In this document: positions 25,522 through 38,866 of the stretch, in pieces
How positions within the stretch are numbered: the first letter of the stretch is position 1
How the letters are laid out: the number at the start of each line of letters is the position of its first letter
DNA from: Ginglymostoma cirratum
Lineage: Eukaryota
DNA length: 64,000 nucleotides
Reading direction: 5' to 3'
Assembly: GCA_024137785.1 (NCBI GenBank)
Contig: JAHRHZ010000024.1
Coordinates: 9,475,885 to 9,539,884, forward strand
Program-made: the position numbers and the translations under genes
The notes under the pieces: model-generated
Told to the model about the DNA's origin: nothing
Databases searched by the model: none
The model's input: only the letters and a program-made list of their open reading frames with translations

Positions 25522-25974
25522 TTGTTCACTTGATTATATCCTTAATACTTTATTAACGGGTCAATGATAAATTCTTTTCAGAATTATGCATGCCGAACTC
25601 TCACCTCTTGGCAGCAAGCAATCATGCCAGAGATGAGAACTCCATTCACTAATTGATTGACTGAGCAGTCCTCGAGCTTTAATTGCCAAATTAGAGGCAG
25701 TTTTTACGCTGTGAGTTTGTGTCCATTAAGGACAAGCCTAGAACAATGAAATACATTTCAACTGAGAGCCCGAAAAGGCAAAGATGACTTAAGTCCTTAA
25801 TAATCTTTATTCCTTTGTTTTGTTTTAGTTTAACTTCCTTACTGCTACACAGAGATTTACCAGAAACTGCTGTTTTTCGCCAGACATGAAAACTCTACCA
25901 CACCCAAATATAGTTTCCCATGCTGCTAACCTCAGAGAAACTACCGTAAAAGACTCATGAAGTAGAATTAACCC

Positions 25975-26072
25975 TTTTTCTGAAGCAGGGTCCCAAACCG
26001 AAATGTCAACTTTCCTGCTCCTCTGATGCTGCCTGGCCTGCTGTGTTCCTTCTGCTCCACTCTGTGTTATCA
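25975..26072 (+). mobile_element. Penelope pLTR insert (subfamily A) with decayed hammerhead
   Basis: ctgaagcagggtcccaaaccgaaatgtc; flanked by ctc(a/g)tgaagtagaatta at 25954-25970 and 26077-26093. Confidence 0.75.
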
Positions 26073-26164
26073 GCCCCTCGTGAAGTAGAATTATTTTACT
26101 TGTTCTTATGGAAGCATTTTCCTTTAGTAACTTTGATGGCATTAAGAGAAATAGAGAGAAGTTT

Positions 26165-26695
26165 TACTTCCAGCACCTTTTGCAGCCTTAGGATACCCTA
26201 AGCTCCCTGTGACCATTTAAAACCCAGCACTATTGAAATATAGCTATTTTTAAAAAAAATTCAAAATATACTTTATTCAAAAAAAATTATGCATATACAT
26301 AGGCACAATTGCAGTTTCGTTCTGTACAGCAGTATGTCACGGAAACAAACAAACATCGGAGTTTGACTCTATCCAAATAAACCAAAGGCATCTCTTACTG
26401 GGAAATGTAGCAACCAACTCATAGGCACAAGATCCCACAACCGGTAGTGAGATAAGGACTAGGTCATCTGTTGTAGTGCTGTTGGCTGCAGGATACATAT
26501 TAGCCAGGACGGGAAGGAGAGCTCCCAAACTTTTATCAAGGTGTACCATGGAAACGTTTCCAACCGTTTGAGAGGACAGCCGGTTTAACGTCATTTTTGA
26601 AGTATGATGCTGTATTTCTTCAGTAGCCCATTGGGTGGTCAGGCCTCTTACAGCAGGATTTGAGATCAAAACTTTCTGGCTCAAGGATTGAAAAG
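26165..26695 (-). mobile_element. DeuSINE (SacSINE1-like), interrupted at about 26245-26395
   Basis: Minus strand atgacgttaaaccgg..ccatggtacac..gtcctggctaatatgtatcc resembles the Deu domain. Confidence 0.6.
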
Positions 26696-26934
26696 TATGG
26701 TCTCAGAGTAAGAAGTAGACCACAGCAGACAGGAGTAGCAGATTCCTTTTTCTGAGAGGCATTATATTTTAATAACAAACCTTCCTACAATAGTGCTTAA
26801 TTACATTCATTTAATATAATTTTACCATGTTCGAAGGTGGAGTTTGAACTCAGCCTTAGGATCACAATGAAGATTCTGAGCTACTGTATTCATCTCACCA
26901 CTTTTGTATACTGTGTCTCCAATATCTATGCATT

Positions 26935-27185
26935 ACAGGAATTTAAAGCTAGTTTCGTTAATGGTGACCGTGAAACTACCATCAGTCATTGTTAAAAACC
27001 TGTCTGATTCACTATTGTCCTTTAATTAAGGAAATCTGCTGCCCTTACCTAGTCTGGCCTACATGTGGCTCAAGACCCACAGCAATGTGGTTGATTATTA
27101 ACTGTCCTCTGAAATGGTCTGATGAGCTATTCAGTTCTCAAGGAAATTACTCAATTCGGTGTTCATATCCCATGAAAAATAAACC
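26935..27185 (+). mobile_element. Partial tRNA-headed SINE (22148 family)
   Basis: aaggaaatctgc..tggcctacatgtggctcaagacccacagcaatgtggttga. Confidence 0.7.
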
Positions 27186-27299
27186 AAAGGTGCTATTCAT
27201 AAACATTGGACATATTGGAGGAATGCCAGTTACAGTACTTTTAACTTTAGAATAAAAATTCAGAGGCACCACAGTCTGTTGTTTCCTCCTTTCTGATAC

Positions 27300-27650
27300 T
27301 TCTGGTATTTCGAACGGCACCCCATTAACCGGCACTCCTGATAAACCGGCACAGAAAAAAAAAATTCAATACCGAGGTGTAAGCGATGTCCAGGTATTTA
27401 TGCTGTAAATAAAACATAAGCGATGTGAATACTCCCTGCATTGCTTTTCTATTATTTACTTAGTATTTTTACACTGATTTTAGAAGATGTATTGATGTTT
27501 TTACATAGACTTCTTGACGGACGTTATCTCTCGTCACGTGGTCAGGATTTACCACGGTGATGTGCGCCCCCCGATTATCCGTAACGTTTGATCAACCGGC
27601 ACATTGCTGGTTTCTCCCCCGAGGTGCCGTTTAATAAAAGATGCGCTGTA
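27300..27650. mobile_element. CpG-rich Tc1/Tigger-like MITE remnant
   Basis: Repeated aaccggcac motifs in both orientations; right end ...gtgccgtttaataaaagatgcgctgTA. Confidence 0.45.
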
Positions 27651-27794
27651 CTTGCAAGATCCTTGTGTGGAATGCCTTTTAGGCATTTTTAGTTGAATTC
27701 CTAGTTCATGTGGGACAATGCCACCTAACCAAGAGATAGGTTTATAAGGAACTTTTTATTCAGAAGATTCAAAATAACAAAAAAAGAGGGCATT

Positions 27795-28200
27795 CATACA
27801 GCATTTTTCACGATCTCGGGATGTCCCAAAGCATATGACATCCAGCTCAATACTTCAGAAGTTAGTTACTTGTGCAATGTAAGGAAATGGATAATTCATT
27901 TTCCATGCAGTAAGCTTTCACAAATAATAATCTGTTATTGTGCTGTTTTCAAGGGATAATAATTTCGCCGGATCCCAAGAATTCCCCATCACTTCTTTGC
28001 TATAGCAGCACAGGATATTTTACATAAGTCTGAGGGGGAGCAAGGTCTTAATTTTCTATCTCCTCTGAAAGACAGCATCCTTGACACTGCAGAGCTTCGT
28101 CAGTACCGCACTGGAATATTAGGCTATATTCAAGTCTCTAAAGTAGGACTCTGAGCCCATAATCACCTCATTCTGAGAGCACTATCACTGCTACTGAAGC
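27795..28200 (-). mobile_element. DeuSINE (SacSINE1-like)
   Basis: Minus strand agagacttgaat..ccagtgcggtactgacgaagctctgcagtgtcaaggatgctgtctttcagagg; tail gctttgggacatccc. Confidence 0.65.
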
Positions 28201-28619
28201 ACTATTGACTCTGTAAATGCAGTTTGATGACAAGGACTCAGAACTGTTCAGGCCAGGAAAGGTGGCCCTGTGGCCCAGAGACATTGGGGTGGATGTGGAA
28301 TTCAGGAAGGGCTTAGATCCACCATATTTTGGACTTTCTGTAAATCTCAGCATTTTTCACAATGTGCCCACCCAAAACTGGCAAGATGATTACCACATTA
28401 ATATATATGAAAGGACTACAAACCAATTGCTGAGTTAAATGATTACATTGCCAAAACTAGCAGAAGTTCAAGTTATTAAAATGCTGGAGTCCCAATTTGC
28501 AGTTAACAAAGTGACAAAATGTTGCTGTGTATACTTTCAGTCTTGAGTTCAGAGGAACTGAACTAGAGCTGACAATCCAATTGAACAGAGTCAACAAGGT
28601 TTATACTTGAAAAGGAAAA

Positions 28620-28735
28620 TTTATAAAGCTTTGGTAAAATACAAGGGGAGTGCGATTAATTGGCTAGCTGTTTCAAAGTGCCAGCACCATGGGCCAAATA
28701 GCCTCCTTTTCAATTATATGATTCTATGGTCCTAT
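28620..28735 (+). mobile_element. CR1 3' tail
   Basis: atgggccaaatagcctcc..gattctatggtcctatg. Confidence 0.6.
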
Positions 28736-31700
28736 GTTGTAGCCCACAACACTCATTGTATACATAGCACTATCCATTCCTGTGCTCAATCAGTCTGAAA
28801 TTACAGCAAAGTGAATTGGTGAAGAAAGGGGCTCCTGTCAAGGTAAAGGATGAAGATATCAGAAAATATTTTGTCAAAGACATCTGGTTAAGTTTGTAAT
28901 CCGATGTATAGTTTTAGATACAAGAGTGATAAGTATATTCATATAATACCTTGGACTTTGATTATGTCCACATTGTTAATGTTTAAGTCATTTTTTGTGA
29001 AGTGAAATTGATGCAACTTTAATAATCTAAATTGCATGTATGCTTAGTGTTCTGCAAATTTGCTCCATTTTACTTAGAGTACAGTTTTTTGTCTGCATTG
29101 ATATTTCTACAGCACAGTATATACAAAATATCTAGTTTGATGGGAACAATGACTTTTGAGCATACATAAATTCCTACATTTTTGTGTAAGCAGTGATGCA
29201 GAATTCAAATCAAAACTGAGCGGCACTGAACTGATGGTGCTGTTCTAATTTACTTGTATACACATGCTTTTACCATAGTGGGGTATATAACCAAACTTCA
29301 CAAATGATTGGCAAAAACATATAGCTGTCTGGATGTGCTGTGATAAGCAAGACCTTGAATGTAGCGATGCTGCATCAATCAAAATTAACTTCTGCAGCCC
29401 CAACACAAGCAGGTGTTGACCTAATCACATCTGGTTTCCGAGTCTGAAATGGTTTAAATTTAAAGTGGATTAGCTGATAACAATCTGCTGACCAATCACA
29501 TGGGAGAGATCAGACAAGAGACAAATGGTCTGTCAGTTAGGGGATTCGTCTGAGTCCGACATGCAGCTGGAGTCCCCCTGGAATAGGGGGAAGAATTAAA
29601 TGTGTCTAAAATAAAACAAAAGCAGCTGCCACCATCAAGTCCATTGGATACCTATAAGGAATTTCAATCTACTTATTCTATTAGCATTTTAGATCATATT
29701 GTATGCAATATTACTGTAATATTGTACTGAACACTTCTTCGATACTAAGTTGGATATATAGAATAAAATTATTAGATTTCATGCTTCCTACTTAATTCTG
29801 CGATTACCAAATGCTCTGTATATAATTTTTTGATCCATATTCAATATACAATACATGTTGCATTAATATTGTCTATTTTTTCCACATAAAGCAAGGTTGA
29901 GTTAATATTACCCGCCTTTTCAGATGCAAGGTATTAACAGTCTTACTACTCTCAGTTAATGAAATATTTTCTTTAGTTAGGTAAGTCCCTTTCAAAATTA
30001 AACAGAATAAAGATGAACTCAACAAGCCAGAATTATTCAGAATTATACTCTTGTTGTTTCTCAAGTTACAGAGTTACATTAAGAAATTGTTCTGTGATCC
30101 AACCAAAGACTGCTGATGCTATGAAATCTGAGCCCTTTCATATTGGAGGGTGATTAACAACAGAAAAAGAAATTTCAAACATTTCTCTGACTGCCAGCCT
30201 TTCTTTCAGGAAGGTCTATAAGTCAAGTGAGCATAAGAATGACCTGGAAAGGGAGGCAAAGAAATTAGTTTACATGCAGCCAGTAAAGAGAGCAATCTTT
30301 TCCTCTAAACAAGTTTGCAACATCAGCAGATTGGCCTGATATATTTGAAATATCAAATCATCGACAATAGCAGCAACATAAGGATAGAAAGATATTAATG
30401 TCAAATATTTTTGTTTGTAGTTTATGGACACAGAATGATTGACTTGATACTTTTCTCCTATCACGTGCTCCAATATTTGGGAAAGAAACAAACTTGAGGA
30501 GGATCAACCTTCAAGGAAATACTATGCGAAACACAATGGAACCTGCATTTCTCATCTTGTCGAGATTAAATAATTTCTGGGGTTAGTAAGCATGCTAGGA
30601 TGTGATTTTTAAGCTTGACAAGACTATAGGGATTGAGTTTTCTTCTTTATAAATTCTAAACTCTTTTAAATATATGATCAGACAGGTTCACCTGAAGATC
30701 TTGGACCAGATTAATCACTGTGCAATCCGCTTAATTTTATCACAGTTAAATCAATGGAATTTGCTCAATAACTACAGGCCAATCGGCTCTGTCAAGTTGA
30801 AAATGAGGCCTAAAGTCTTGCAAACGAGGCTACCTCTGAACACTCAGTTCTTGCTCAAAACTGTATTGAAATATCAACTCAGAAAGAGTCACCGTGGTAC
30901 TCAAGTGAGCTACACTGCCAGTGAAAATAAAGGACTTCTTTCTGAGGTTGAACTTAGGACATTGTTGAAAAGAACAGTATGAGCTTTAGTCTACTTCTGC
31001 CAAGTTGTCCCTGGGAAAAACAAAAAGTATTCTGCTCACATTTAAAGCAGGGAATTGGCCTTTTTCCAGCATTACCATTAATCCACTACTCCACACAGGC
31101 AGGTACCATTTTCAGGGTAATTAGTTCATGATTTAATTAGCAATTACATCACTAAGCAAGGTCAGACGGAAGTCTCCGTTCAGCAGGTTGGCTAATTCAT
31201 GTCATCAATCTGCTCCGAAAACTGAAGAATAGCATGTCAAACAGCGCCATCCCAGAGTTTTGCAATTACATTTAGTTTACACTTCAGAGACATAAGAGTT
31301 CAGAAAATAATGCTTTGTATGCTTAGCAGTTAATTCAGTGGGAAGTACATTTTGATAGAAGCAATATCACTGTCCATGTTTTTAATGGCAGGGCAGCATT
31401 CAAACTGGCATGAGGGTGACAGCTGTTCAACCCGTTGTCTTGCCACCTATGCCTTGATGAAATCAATGGCAGAAAGGCTCGTGGATTACCTTCTGCCACA
31501 TTGCCAATTGAGGCATTAACCAATGGTGGGCAGGGAGCTCACCATGCTGAGAGTATGTCAGGGTTGGTGGTAGCCCTCATTTGAAGGTACTCAGTCCCTC
31601 ACTGAGGAGATAGCCTGATCCTGCTGTTACACCCAACACCTCTCCCTTCTTACAGCCATACCTCTGTGACCCTGCTCGCTTTACTTCACCTGGGATCCAG

Positions 31701-33269
31701 CAGTGGTCCTTGTGAAAGCTGCACTGGCAACAGCCCTTCAAGGTACCTCCTGGTTTCTTGGGGATCCATGATCCATGCTGTCTACTTAAGTGCCTGTGTG
31801 CCTTTTAATTTAATGGACATTTCAAAACCGATTCAATGCAGAGTTCTTGCTGATTCTGACAGAAGATATCGTGTGGACATGCCAGCTCACTGGACTTTAT
31901 GTGCTGCTGCTCATGATTAAGGTTGCTTTGGTCCAGGTCGGTCATAGAAAACTACTTCCAGGTTTAACTAGAAGCATGGGTGGTTTTAATCTTTCATATG
32001 TTAATAACTGGTTCTGGATTACATTGATATGATAAACATTGTTGCATTGAGAAGGATCTGATGTTTTTTTCACTCCTTCAAGATCTCAAACTGTTCTGCC
32101 CATGGGTCCATATGAGATAATCATGGTGGATGGTGCTCACAGCACTTTTCAACTATTAACTCTGTCAGACCCTTTACAACATTAATCCCAAGCTTACTTT
32201 TCCATTGTTAATATTATATGTTTGCCTATAAAACTATATTTACCAATCCCCATCCTGCCTTACACCCAGGATTCACAAACATAGGAAGTTCACAATTTTC
32301 ATTAATCTCCAAGAATGTACTCATTTTGGACTTGCTAGACTGATTGTTTGCTGGTTGGAGGACAATCATGTTTAATTCTTTCCCTTACGATGTGAGGTGT
32401 GTAAGTCCCTTTAAATTGGAGGACCAAAATCTCTTGAAATTTCCTTCATAACAGCCACCTTCCCTGCTAAACAGGCAATTGCTTCTTTACACTGTCTTTA
32501 ATTATTGCACATTAGTCTTCCCTTCTCAGTGGTGATATCCATGGAATTGTGTGCACAAATCTTCAATAAGTGCCAGCAGATATTTATCCTGGATCCACTG
32601 GAAATGCCTACTGAAGCATGTCAACATTTTCATTCAGCATGTTAATTGGTTTGTAATCTCTCTTTCACCCTCAGAGACGACAATATGTTCACTTCCTCTG
32701 TTTCATGATTAGAAGATTGCCCTGGCTTGCAATGATCACTGTCAATCATTGAGCATTCATCCTGAGAAGATAAGGAATTCAAATATTTTGTTTGAAGTTG
32801 CCTCCTTCAAGTCATTCTAACATATAACATCAGGCTTGAATCTGTTTTGCTATTTGTTCACTCCAAGTCACATCATTTATATATTTGTCAGTTGGCTCAA
32901 GTGTGGTATGCTAACCATTGGCTATCTCATTGCTTGTTTCTTCTCTTCAACCTTGTTGAGTCTTGGAGTCTGAGAACAGTTGGAAGCATTTGTGCCAATC
33001 CAGCTTGTTCAGATTTCCACCTTGTTGATTATATGAAACAATTTCCTCATGACCAAATAATCAATCTCAAGCAATTCTACTTTTCACTTAGATTCTGCCA
33101 TGAGCCTAGGGTCCCATGGAATCTCCTATTGCTGTTCCTCAAATAGCTACTCCTTGGCCAGCTGTTAACCTTATGTCATTGAACTTCCTCAGGCAATCGA
33201 AGAAGATTGAAATCAAGACATGGTCTTTCTACGTAAAAGTAAGAATTCTTGATTGTGTGCATAAGTTTA

Positions 33270-33390
33270 TACATCCCATGGTTTGCAGCAGTTTAAGAAG
33301 GGATCCCACCTCCACCTATTCCAGGTCAGTCCGGGATGGGTGATCAATGCTGGCCTGGCCAGCAATGCATACATTCCATGAAGAAATAAA
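33270..33390 (+). mobile_element. LINE family B 3' tail
   Basis: gcagcagtttaagaagg..gggatgggtgatcaatgctggcctggccagcaatgc. Confidence 0.65.
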
Positions 33391-33959
33391 CCAGATTTTT
33401 AAATTACATTTGAAGAGCACAAAGCTACACATGAAACATGGATTGCAAACATATAAACTTAGGCTGGCAATACGTTCTGGTCATTATCTCTATAATCCTT
33501 CAAGCATCCTTCTGGAAAACACAAAGAAAATACCATTGATGCTTTACTAAAAGAAGGATGCATGTTTGAAGTGATTGTAGCACCTACAAGTGATGACTCT
33601 GGACGACTATTCAGTTATCAACAAGTTCAATGAAACAATCACATGTGGCATGAGGTGCAACTTGTCTTATCCAACATGACAATATCTAGGATTTTGTGAC
33701 ATATGCAAACTTTTCCACAAGAGAAAAATGGGCTAACATTTGAGAAATCCAATCTCCTACAGAAACTCAAAGTGCAGCACAATTCACCACAGCATCATGT
33801 GAGGAAGTGCCAACCAACAAACAATGCTAACCTTAGATTCACGGCATGCAAATGTGTCAACAACATCTAATTGGTGGTCACAATGACACATGCTTGCTGA
33901 ATGTGGTCAACGTAATAGGTATACCATATGGACACCAGCAGGAAGGCTGAAGTCTTCAC

Positions 33960-34325
33960 CTCCATCCAAGTGATAGGCCCAAAAGTAATGGACAACATGC
34001 ACGAAATATCAAACGTGTCACTGCAAATACCCTTGATGTACCTTACAAAAGATGCACTCAGGAAGATGGCACATCACAATGCAGTTCACACAAGATAAGC
34101 AAACTTTCCCAATAATGGATGTACCATCCATTGGCATTGTCCATCTTAAATGCCAATTCAGGTCTTCAAAATTAGCACCTGAAACCTTTTGTGTTATTAA
34201 GACAGGTGGCCAATACTGTTGACCAGTATGCACAGATCTGCATTTTATCACTGTCTGGAAGATAACAAATCCATCAGTTGCTATGTCAAAGGTGAACATG
34301 ACATATTGAGATTTTTGGGTGTCTT
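33960..34325 (+). pseudogene. Possible decayed Gypsy reverse-transcriptase remnant
   Basis: Frameshifted fragments KSNG, NIKR, DA...WHI, MP....LAPETF and DIL occur in Gypsy RT order. Confidence 0.35.
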
Positions 34326-34530
34326 CCAATAAAGTCCCCCAAAATAGATTGGTTATAAAAAGTAAGGCCATGTGTTAGAAGGTAATGTGCTAGCATGGAT
34401 TAATGATTGGCTAAGAGATGGGAAACAGAGTAGAAAAAAAAAATACTTTATTCCACATTGGCAGCTGTGACTAGTTGAATACCACAAGGATCAGTACTTA
34501 GGCCTCACCTGTTTACAATATATATTGATC

Positions 34531-34850
34531 AGAATCATAGAATCCCTACAGTGTGGAAACAGGCTCTTCAGCCCAACAAGTCCACACTGACCCTGAGAGC
34601 ATCCCAGCCAGACCCATCCCCCTTTAACCCCCCAATCCAGGCAATTCTTGAACATTACGTGCAATTTAGCATGGCCAATCCACTTAACCTGCACATCTTT
34701 GGACTGTGGGAGAAAACCAGAGCACCTGGAGGAAACCCATGCAGACACAAGGAGAATATGCAAACTCCACACAGACAGTCCCTGAGGGTGGAATCGAACC
34801 CAGGTCCCTGGTGCTGTAAGGTAGCATTGCTAACCACTGAGCCACCGTGC
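34531..34850 (-). mobile_element. Full-length HE1/V-SINE-like SINE inserted in a plus-strand CR1 fragment (34330-34910)
   Basis: A box tggctcagtgg, B box ggttcgattcc, V-domain-like gtttgcatattctcc..gggtttcctccaggtgctc, CR1-type tail. Confidence 0.9.
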
Positions 34851-34939
34851 TCAAATTGATGGTTTGGATACGAGTGCCAACTGTAATATTTCCAAATTTG
34901 TGGATTGTACAAAGCCAAATGGAATGTGTCTTGTAATGC

Positions 34940-35985
34940 AAGGTGAAGCACGGTGATAGTATCACATGGCATGATTGAAAGTATTCTCAAAGAGGAAATG
35001 GGACTTTGTTTCCACAAGGACTGTGTGGTTATCACTTTTACAGCTGCTGTCATGGACAGATCCAGCTGTGGCAGGAGGATCGGTGAAGATGAAGGCAAGC
35101 TTACTCACCATCTGCTGCAGACCCAGTCTAGCAGCTATGTCCTTTAGGACCTGACCAGCTTAGTCAGGATTAGTGTTGCTGAGCCACACTTGATGATGGG
35201 CATTGAGGTGCTCAGAGTATATTTTGCAGCCTTGCCACCCTCTTTTCTTCCTCAAAATGATGTTCAACATGGACAAATATTGAATCATCACTTGAAGGAT
35301 GATGATACACAGTAATAAGCAGGAGAATCCCATGCCCCTGTTTGAACTGGTGTCCTAAAACTTGTTAAAAATCAAAAGAAGTGCAGATGTTGTAAATCAG
35401 GAATGAAAACAGAAGTTGCTGGAAAAGCTCAGCAGGTCTGGCAGCATCTGTGAAGAAAAATCAGAGTTAACGTTTCGGATCAGATGAACATTCCTCAGCA
35501 CTGTTCTGAGGAAGGGTCACCAGTATCGATGTTGAGAACTACCGGGCCAACTCTTTGCCAACTGTATACTGCTGTCCTGGCACCTCTGCTGAGTATGAGC
35601 TGCCAGTGGGAGGGGGATGTTTCCAGGGATGGTGATGGTGGTGTCTGGGACGTGGTTGGTAAATATGATTCTGTGAGTATGACTATGTGAGGCTATTGCT
35701 TGACTCATTTATTAGACAGTTCCCATAAGTTTGGCAGTCGTCCCCAAATGTTTTAAGAGGACTTTGCAGGTTTGACAGGTCTGTGTTTGCTGTTATTGTT
35801 TCTGGTGCGTAATTCGATGTCAGGTGGACTGTGTGGTTTAATTCCTTCTGGAGACTTTCTAGTGGTTTATCTAACTGAGTGGCTTGCTAGGCTATTTCAG
35901 CGTGCAGTTAAGAGTCAACAACATTGGGTCTGGAGTCTCAGATAGGCCAGACAGGGTAAGAACAGCAGTTTTCTTCACGAAAGGC
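34940..35985 (-). mobile_element. LINE family B 5' portion, interrupted by a Penelope pLTR insert
   Basis: Colinear with 24520-25330, including the SINE-core junction at about 35880-35985. Confidence 0.75.
35366..35521 (-). mobile_element. Penelope pLTR insert (subfamily B) with hammerhead core (35469-35498, minus) and the start of an inverted arm
   Basis: Minus strand ctgagga..ccgaaacgtt; plus strand ctgaggaagggtcacc directly after. Confidence 0.75.
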
Positions 35986-36743
35986 CATCTCCCAGAGCTT
36001 GTCCTGGGAGGTGCTTAACACCTCACTGTCCTGTCAAGACTATACACCAAGACCTTCTGACAACCCAGGCAGGTGTTCATGACATGCCCATCTTTATAGT
36101 CATCCAAGGATTTGATTCTTTCTCAGGTTACCATCAACTGCTGCATAAAAAGAAACATACTGTGTGCTGAATGGGGATTTGCAGACTTGTACAAGTTCAT
36201 AATGCAAATGAGAACAGAGTGTGCTACAACCAATACTACTGCGAATCAATCAGAAAAATCTACAAGGTTAGTGTTGCATCATTTGTGAGCCCCTTTATGC
36301 AGGTGTGCATTGGAATAATGGTTGGTTCGGTCCAAGAACTGGTGCGCTGATTGAAAGGGAAAATAGACATTATAGGCAATAGGAGGGACTAAAAGGGAAA
36401 AATAGACAATGCACGTTCACAAGTAATCACAAAATATGTACTGTAGCTATGAATGTACTTATAACTTGAAGATGTGAACACTTTATGATATGACTAGACA
36501 ATATATTCACATGCACAAATGTAATATGCAGACAATGTCAACAAGTTTGGTTAGAAATATGAATGAATAAATGTGTAACCTTTGTATTGAGATTTTTTTT
36601 TGCTGAAATTTCTTCATGTACAGGCTGTTCAGGAGGTTGGTGCTGGTCTTGGATTTGCTGCCAGATCTGTTCCTCCTCAATTTCTCAGTGTGTTTGTAGC
36701 ACCATGGTCACAGCAATAATGACCCCTGTTTTTTTTTGAGAAT

Positions 36744-37605
36744 TGTTAACTATAGAAATAGTGGATTGGAAGCTTGTTACCTATAAAAATAATATAAGAC
36801 CTTTGTTCTTGTAATAAAGATTTCAGCTGTATGCCATTTTCTGAAGTGTAACCTCCCCTCCAAAGCATGCTTGAATAAAAGTTTAAACTTGAGTAAAGTG
36901 TAAAAACCTGAGTCTGATCTGGTCTAAGAGGGAATAAAGAGTTAAAGCCTTCCTCAAAGCCTGTCCACCATCTACAAGACACAATGCAGGAGTGTGATGG
37001 AATACTCCCCACTTGCCTGGATGAGTGCAGCCCCAACAACACTCAAGAAGCTTGACACCATCCAGGACAAAGCAACTCGCTTGATTGGCACTACACCCAA
37101 AAGCATTCCTCTCTCCAACACTGACGTTCAGTAGCAGCAGTGTGTACTATGTACAAGATGCGCTGCAGAAATTCACCAAAGATCGTCAGACAGCTCCTTT
37201 CAAACCCACGTCCACTTCCATCTAGAAGGACAAAGGCATCAGCCACATGGGAACACCACAACCTTTAAGTTCCCCTGCAAGTCACTCACCATCCTAACTT
37301 GGAAATATATCGCTGTTCCTTCACTGTTGCTGGGTCAAATCTTGGAATTCCCTCCTCAGTAGCATCGTGGGTCAACCCACAGCAGGAAGACTGCAGCAGT
37401 TCAAGAAGGCAGCTCACCACTCGGGATGGCCAAGAAACGCTGACCAGCCAGCGATGCCCACATCCCACAAAAAATGAATAGAGAAAAAAAAAAATCACCC
37501 TTTCACTCAAGGAGTGAAAAACCTGACACCCTTCAGAGTATTTAGTAGGTGATGTTAGAGAATTGTGAAAGAGAATTTATAAATTGAAAATACATCTACT
37601 TAACA
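36744..37605. mobile_element. Possible solo LTR split by a LINE insertion
   Basis: tgttaa...ttaaca termini, with tataaaa and aataaa motifs inside; target-site duplication not convincing. Confidence 0.35.
36950..37492 (+). mobile_element. LINE family B 3' end
   Basis: gatggaatactccccacttgcctggatgagtgcagccccaacaacactcaagaagcttgacaccatccaggacaaagc; A-rich tail. Confidence 0.85.
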
Positions 37606-38782
37606 GGCATTAAAGAGCATTGCAAGAGATCTCTGCACTATGAAGAACCTATTGGATGTAATTTTCCTAGCCCCTAATCAAAGTGGGTAACGGTGAGTCA
37701 GTTGGAAAAGTAACACCAGAGATGGGTTTCTTGACATCGAAATAAATATCGGATTCTGCAACCAAGTTTTGAGTGACAAAGTGAGCATTGCACTAATGAG
37801 TGGCAAGAGGCCTATTTTCTTCCATGTGCATACATGAACACATCTACATTTCCTAATCTGACCTCATTGACATACATCATCTGTTTTATGCATGTGCCAG
37901 AGAGTTACTAGATGATGATAATTCTCGGTATGAAAGTCAGAGCAGGTACCTGCTCCTCCAGGGCTCCACCATTCCCCAAAATCTCAGGGCATGCTCCAAA
38001 GACAGCAACATCTGGTATCCTGCATCTGCGGAGGTAGACATCAGACATATCCAGCCTCGCTGCATCATCTTGGCACATATCTGACCTGCTTACAATACAA
38101 TTGCTACTTCAATGTTGCACTGTGGAGTGCAATGGCACTGTTATTTGTAATGTTGCTGCCAGGTTGCTTTGCACTCATCTGCATTCAACCAGAGTGCAGC
38201 TCAGGGCTTCTCACTTGCTCTCTTAGTGCTCACTCGTTTCAGATCTCACAGCATCACTGCATTTTCTCACCTTTCGTGCTTTTTGCCACTTCAATCAGAG
38301 CTTAAGGGCTCACAGTACTTCTGTCTCGCCTTGCTGCTTTGCATGAACATGAAGCCAGGCAGCTTGTCATGGTTGTCAGCACTGATCAGTCAAAGGGATA
38401 CACATGTTACTGTACCATGCTGTGTTATGCCAATGTTACGCGTGTGCCATGTGCCAGCAGCAAATGTAACAAACACACTGTATGTGCTTCAACCAAATGG
38501 CTATGTCACAAGGTGTCTAGGTCAAATCAAGGGAGGCATATTTCAATCGGGGGATCCTGGCACAGTAAGGCAAGGAGGGCATCTGATATAATTCTAAGGG
38601 TCTGGACACAGTCAGCTGGCTGCTTGGGGTGGTTGGGGTTTGGGGATTGTATCACTGCATTCTGGACAGTTGGCACAGTCTGTCCTGCAGGCCCCGTGTA
38701 ACTAGTCTGGGGTCTGTCAGGAAGGAAGCTGCACAGAGATCAGTCAAGGGCCCCGTCACCAATCAGTCAGGGGTGAATATCC

Positions 38783-38866
38783 AAGATAACAAGGTGTGGA
38801 GCTGGATGAACATCATAGCAGCATCATAGGAGCAGGAAAGCTTGATGTTTCGGGCCTAGACCCTTC
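38783..38866 (-). mobile_element. Penelope pLTR insert (subfamily A)
   Basis: Minus strand gaagggtctaggcccgaaacatcaagctttcctgctcctatgatgctgc. Confidence 0.75.

Noticed and set aside
27119-27146. ctgatgag...gaaa as an additional hammerhead
   Set aside because: Helix II does not abut GAAA, and the motif is a mutated position within a SINE copy
34785-34850. tRNA genes (also 41805-41870, 54730-54797, 55875-55940, 57520-57585)
   Set aside because: A/B boxes run straight into SINE body and CR1-type tail; these are SINE heads
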